Positions 24,176 to 28,000 of a stretch of DNA of 28,000 nt are shown here, piece by piece; the stretch's first letter is position 1; each line of letters opens with the position of its first letter. The DNA comes from Scenedesmus sp. PABB004 (Eukaryota). The notes beneath the pieces are model-generated. The model saw only the letters and a program-made list of their open reading frames with translations. It had not been told where the DNA came from and ran no database searches. The stretch spans positions 62,001-90,000 of the forward strand of contig JABVCE010000078.1 in the NCBI GenBank assembly GCA_014905635.1, read 5' to 3'. Both the position numbers and the translations under genes were made by a program.

Positions 24176-24260
24176 GAAGCCTTTCAATTTGAAAAAATTC
24201 TTGAAGGTTTTGAAGCCGAAATTTTTTCTTTTTCTTGAAGAACACAAATTTTAGGGTAAC
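24176..24260 (+). other. 3' half (domains V and VI) of a degenerate, probably trans-spliced group II intron in rpl32
   Basis: DV-like hairpin GAAGCCTTTCAATTT-GAAA-AAATTCTTGAAGGTTTT with AGC triad and GAAA tetraloop; DVI CCGAAATTT...AAATTTT-A-GG with bulged A 8 nt from the end; terminal AAC. Confidence 0.8.
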
Positions 24261-24406
24261 AAAAACGTACATCAAAATCAAAAAAAAATATTCGTAAGCA
24301 TGCTTGGAAACAAAAAGTTGCAAAAAGAGCAACACAAGCTCTTTTTTTAGCAAAATATGTTTTAAGCACGCAAGAAGGAACATCAACTGAAAAACAAGAA
24401 AGTTAA
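24261..24406 (+). CDS. rpl32: 50S ribosomal protein L32, exon 2 (missing the first 13 nt, ATG GCN GTN CCN A)
   Basis: AA AAA CGT ACA TCA... gives (K)KRTSKSKKNIRKHAWKQKVAKRATQALFLAKYVLSTQEGTSTEKQES*, matching the L32 N-terminus MAVPKKRTSKSKK; no local start codon. Confidence 0.92.
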
Positions 24407-24714
24407 ACTTCTTTTTGCGTTCTTTGTGGAGCTTGTTTTTTTGAAAACAAAAGACAAAAAAAGCTCAACAAAGAACGTAGAGCTTTCTATGTGAAAAAAA
24501 CTTTTCGCTATTCAATCAAAATAGAAAACAAAAAAAATTGTCGTTCACACTTTGAAAAGAAAAAAAGTGTGGCCACAGAAAACCAAAAGAATCTTTTCTT
24601 GGAACAAAAAACGAAATGAGGCAGTTCGAGCATTGGAAATAGAGGTGAGCTGCCCTGCAAAGAGAAAAAAGCAACTTTCGCTTTTCTTAAAGCGAAAGTT
24701 GCTAAAAAAAATTT

Positions 24715-24855
24715 TTATCTGAAACTTACAGATGCTTGCCATACAAAGGCTAATAATAAGAAGAATACAGGAATAATTGGTAAAACGTTTACGATAGGAT
24801 CAAAAGGTGCATAAGCTTCTGGTAATTTTGCTAAAATTAAATACATAGATTCCAT
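24715..24855 (-). CDS. psbK: Photosystem II protein K (46 aa)
   Basis: Manual translation [46 protein letters not shown]. Confidence 0.98.
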   Translation of the reverse strand: MESMYLILAKLPEAYAPFDPIVNVLPIIPVFFLLLAFVWQASVSFR

Positions 24856-25265
24856 AGGATTCTTAAAATAGAATGGGGTTATACTTTTTTAAAAGATTGT
24901 CAATACTAAATGTTTTGAGAAATCAAGAAAAGAAAAAGATTTCATCAGAGAGAACACCATTTTTTTCCAAAATTTGTTCTTTTTATGTATATTGACAACT
25001 TAGTTCAACTTGAAACTAATTTTTTCTACTTCTATAATTTTTGAATTTTTTCTTGTTGGTCGTTTTGTATTTTTAAAGTTTTTTTCGTTCACTCGGTGAA
25101 GAAAAAAGAAAAATGTGTTCAACCGTGAAAAAAAAACAGACACTCTTTTTTTGATATCAATGTATTGCTTCCGTCCTTCATTCGTGCCTCTTGCAAAAGA
25201 GGACATGTGGATGGGGAAAGAAAACTTTGAAAACTAAAGAGTGTATCTGAAAAATAATGTTTGAA

Positions 25266-25526
25266 TTAAGAAGCTAACGTTTCCCAACTCATAGTAACAT
25301 CATCTAATAATAAAGAACTATTATAAATTTCTAAAATAATTAATAAGAACACAGCAAAAAGTAGAATGAAAACACCCATTAAAACTGTTGTTCCCCAACC
25401 AGGTAATACTTTTCCTGATTCTGAGTTTAACGGTCTTAATAATGTTCCTAAAGGAGTTACAATACCTGGTTCTTGAAGTCCATCAGATAAGCTTGATTTA
25501 GCTTTTGAAGTTGTTCCAGTTGCCAT
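25266..25526 (-). CDS. psbH: Photosystem II protein H
   Basis: [48 protein letters not shown]. Confidence 0.99.
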   Translation of the reverse strand: MATGTTSKAKSSLSDGLQEPGIVTPLGTLLRPLNSESGKVLPGWGTTVLMGVFILLFAVFLLIILEIYNSSLLLDDVTMSWETLAS

Positions 25527-25621
25527 TTTTTTGAAATAAATTTTGATTTTTTTTACTTTCTGTCGTACTATAGTTCATGGAGAATAAATTTGAAAATTTC
25601 TACAAATACATAGAAAAACTT

Positions 25622-25756
25622 ATGGACAGTCCTGCTTTTTTCTTTACCTTTTTTTTATGGTTTCTTCTATTAAGTGCAACAGGCTATTCAGTCTACGTGA
25701 GTTTTGGACCTCCATCAAAAAAATTACGAGATCCATTTGAAGAACATGAAGATTAA
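25622..25756 (+). CDS. psbN: PsbN (Pbf1), 44 aa
   Basis: Manual translation [44 protein letters not shown]; canonical antisense position between psbT and psbH. Confidence 0.98.
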   Translation: MDSPAFFFTFFLWFLLLSATGYSVYVSFGPPSKKLRDPFEEHED

Positions 25757-25962
25757 AATTTTCTTCGACTTCAAAAAAATTGTTTTTCAAAAGTGTGAAT
25801 TTTAAAAAATTTCCACTTTTCATTGAGAAGGAAAAAGCAGTTTTGTTTGTTCAAAAAAAAAGAACACTGCTTTTCTTTGGTCTAGGAAAAAAAATGGTGG
25901 ACAAAGAAAATGGATGAAAGAGTCATTCTTTCACCCATTTTCAAAAAAATTCGAAATTCAAA

Positions 25963-26058
25963 TTATTTAACCATACGAGGTGGTTCTCTAAAGAAAATTG
26001 CGAAAAAGATAATTCCTAATGTTCCGATTAATAAAAAAGTATAAACTAATGCTTCCAT
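25963..26058 (-). CDS. psbT: Photosystem II protein T (31 aa)
   Basis: [31 protein letters not shown]; true start ATG at 26058. Confidence 0.98.
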   Translation of the reverse strand: MEALVYTFLLIGTLGIIFFAIFFREPPRMVK

Positions 26059-26301
26059 AGAATGAAAAAGTGGGTAACAAATATATTGATTTTGAAGGAG
26101 AATAAATGCAAATTTGTATTTTTTCTTCACTGAAAGGTGATGAAAAATACAGAATTCTTTTGCTTGGAAAAAATCCAGACCCATCTTTGGAATATTTTTT
26201 TCAAAAGTGTTTCACCTCTTCTTTCGAAAAAAATGAAACACTTTTGTTTTGTTTTCAATTTTTTCTGTTTTCAGCAAACAGAAAGAATTGACAAAGTGAA
26301 A

Positions 26302-27828
26302 TTAGAAAGCTTCACGAACAGAACTTGTATCACCAAGTTTTTTGTATTTACCAAATTCTAAACTTTCGTTTAAATCATCATCAATACCAGCAAATACATC
26401 ACGGAAGATTGTACGTGCACCGTGCCAAATATGTCCAAAGAAGAATAATAAAGCAAAGCAAACGTGACCAAAAGTAAACCAACCACGAGGACTGCTACGG
26501 AAAACACCGTCAGATTGTAATGTTGAACGATCAAATTCAAAAATTTCACCTAATTGTGCTTTACGAGCATATTTTTTCACTGTAGCTGGATCATTAAATG
26601 TTAATCCATCTAATTCACCACCATAGAAAGTAACAGATACACCAACTTGTTCAATACTATATTTTGATTCAGCACGACGGAAAGGAACGTCTGCACGAAC
26701 AACACCATCTTTATCAATTAATAAAACAGGGAATGTTTCAAAGAAAGTCGGCATACGACGAACATAAAGATCACGACCTTCTTGATCTTTAAATACTGCA
26801 TGACCTAACCAACCTACAGCGATACCATCTCCACTATTCATAGCTCCAGTACGGAAAAGACCACCTTTTGCTGGGTTATTTCCAATATAATCGTAGAAAG
26901 CTAATTTTTCTGGAATTTTTGCCCAAGCATTTGAAAGTGATCCACCTTCAGCTAAACTTGTTTGTACTCGTTTTTGAATTTCTTGTTGGAAGAAACCTTG
27001 ATCCCACTGATAACGTGTTGGACCAAATAATTCAATTGGAGTAGCTGCTGAACCATACCACATAGTTCCTGCAACAACAAAGGCAGCCCAGAAAACAGCA
27101 GCAATACTACTTGATAATACTGTTTCAATACTTCCCATTGATAAACCAAAGTATAAACGAATTGAAGGACGAACACATAAGTGGAAAAGTCCTGCTAAAA
27201 CACCTAAAATACCAGCTGCAATATGGTGAGCTGCAATACCACCAGGGTTGAAAGGGTCAAATCCATCAGCACCCCAAGAAGGAGCCACTGGTTGAACACT
27301 TCCTGTTAATCCATATGGATCAGAAACCCAAATACCAGGACCAAATAAACCTGTTACGTGGAATGCACCAAAACCAAAACATAAAAGACCTGATAAGAAT
27401 AAGTGAATTCCAAAAATTTTTGGTAAATCTAATGCAGTTTTTCCAGTTCGTGGATCACGGAATAGTTCAAGATCCCAATAAACCCAGTGCCACACCGATG
27501 CTAAGAATAATAAACCAGATAAAATAATATGAGAAGCTGCAACACCTTCATAACTCCAAATACCTGGGTTTGTTGCTGTTTCACCGCTAATAGTCCATCC
27601 ACCCCAAGATTGTGTTACACCTAAACGTGTCATGAAAGGTAAAACGAACATCCCTTGACGCCACATTGGGTTTAAAACGGGGTCAGAAGGATCAAAAACA
27701 GCGATTTCAAAAAGTGTCATCGATCCTGCCCAACCAGCAACTAATGCTGTGTGCATTAAATGCACAGAAATTAATCGGCCCGGGTCATTAATAACTACTG
27801 TATGTACACGATACCAAGGTAAGCCCAT
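26302..27828 (-). CDS. psbB: Photosystem II CP47
   Basis: [30 protein letters not shown]...; 508 aa, intron-free. Confidence 0.99.
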   Translation of the reverse strand: MGLPWYRVHTVVINDPGRLISVHLMHTALVAGWAGSMTLFEIAVFDPSDPVLNPMWRQGMFVLPFMTRLGVTQSWGGWTISGETATNPGIWSYEGVAASHIILSGLLFLASVWHWVYWDLELFRDPRTGKTALDLPKIFGIHLFLSGLLCFGFGAFHVTGLFGPGIWVSDPYGLTGSVQPVAPSWGADGFDPFNPGGIAAHHIAAGILGVLAGLFHLCVRPSIRLYFGLSMGSIETVLSSSIAAVFWAAFVVAGTMWYGSAATPIELFGPTRYQWDQGFFQQEIQKRVQTSLAEGGSLSNAWAKIPEKLAFYDYIGNNPAKGGLFRTGAMNSGDGIAVGWLGHAVFKDQEGRDLYVRRMPTFFETFPVLLIDKDGVVRADVPFRRAESKYSIEQVGVSVTFYGGELDGLTFNDPATVKKYARKAQLGEIFEFDRSTLQSDGVFRSSPRGWFTFGHVCFALLFFFGHIWHGARTIFRDVFAGIDDDLNESLEFGKYKKLGDTSSVREAF

Positions 27829-28000
27829 TGAAAATTTAAAAGAATTTTTGTTTACTTAATTACTCGAGATGATGGGATTGTATTTTTTGTTGTCAAAAAT
27901 ATTCAAAAATTAAAAGAAAGTCTTTTTGAATGTTTTTTTTGAAAGTGAAGTCAACAAAAAAGAAGGTGAAAAACGAAAAAAAAACAAATGGTGAAAAGTT

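Noticed and set aside
24878..24903. TTGACA...TATAAC upstream of psbK as a promoter
   Set aside because: The spacer is only 14 nt, too short for a sigma70-type promoter.
26059..26184. 42-codon N-terminal extension of psbT in the ORF track
   Set aside because: PsbT homology begins at MEALVYTF (26058); the extension is spacer sequence containing a degenerate repeat.

Overview
A 28-kb segment of a green-algal (Chlorophyceae) chloroplast genome. Plastid rpl12 plus an apparently trans-spliced rpl32 suggest the Sphaeropleales or a sister lineage; this is inference and I cannot name the species. Gene order: rpl2 (5' partial), rps19, rps14, trnG(UCC), atpA, psbI, cemA, rpl12 (+); a 1.5-kb unassigned region; trnS(GCU), rrf, rrl (group I intron at L2593 with a LAGLIDADG ORF), trnA, trnI, rrs and a 5'-truncated psbC (-); trnH and psbA (group I intron after nt 525, GIY-YIG ORF in frame with exon 1) (+); rps11, trnY, rbcL (-); rpl20 and rpl32 exon 2 (+); psbK, psbH (-), psbN (+), psbT, psbB (-). 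Most notable: (1) an rpl32 3' exon behind a degenerate group II intron 3' half (DV/DVI) with no exon 1 in the window; (2) psbC lacking its first ~21 codons and abutting a perfect 50-bp palindrome; (3) a dispersed, oriented palindromic element TTCACC-N4-GGTGAA that also sits inside the 23S rRNA and, as relics, inside cemA; (4) an altered anti-Shine-Dalgarno tail in 16S rRNA; (5) cemA has no usable in-frame ATG unless two TGA codons are read through.
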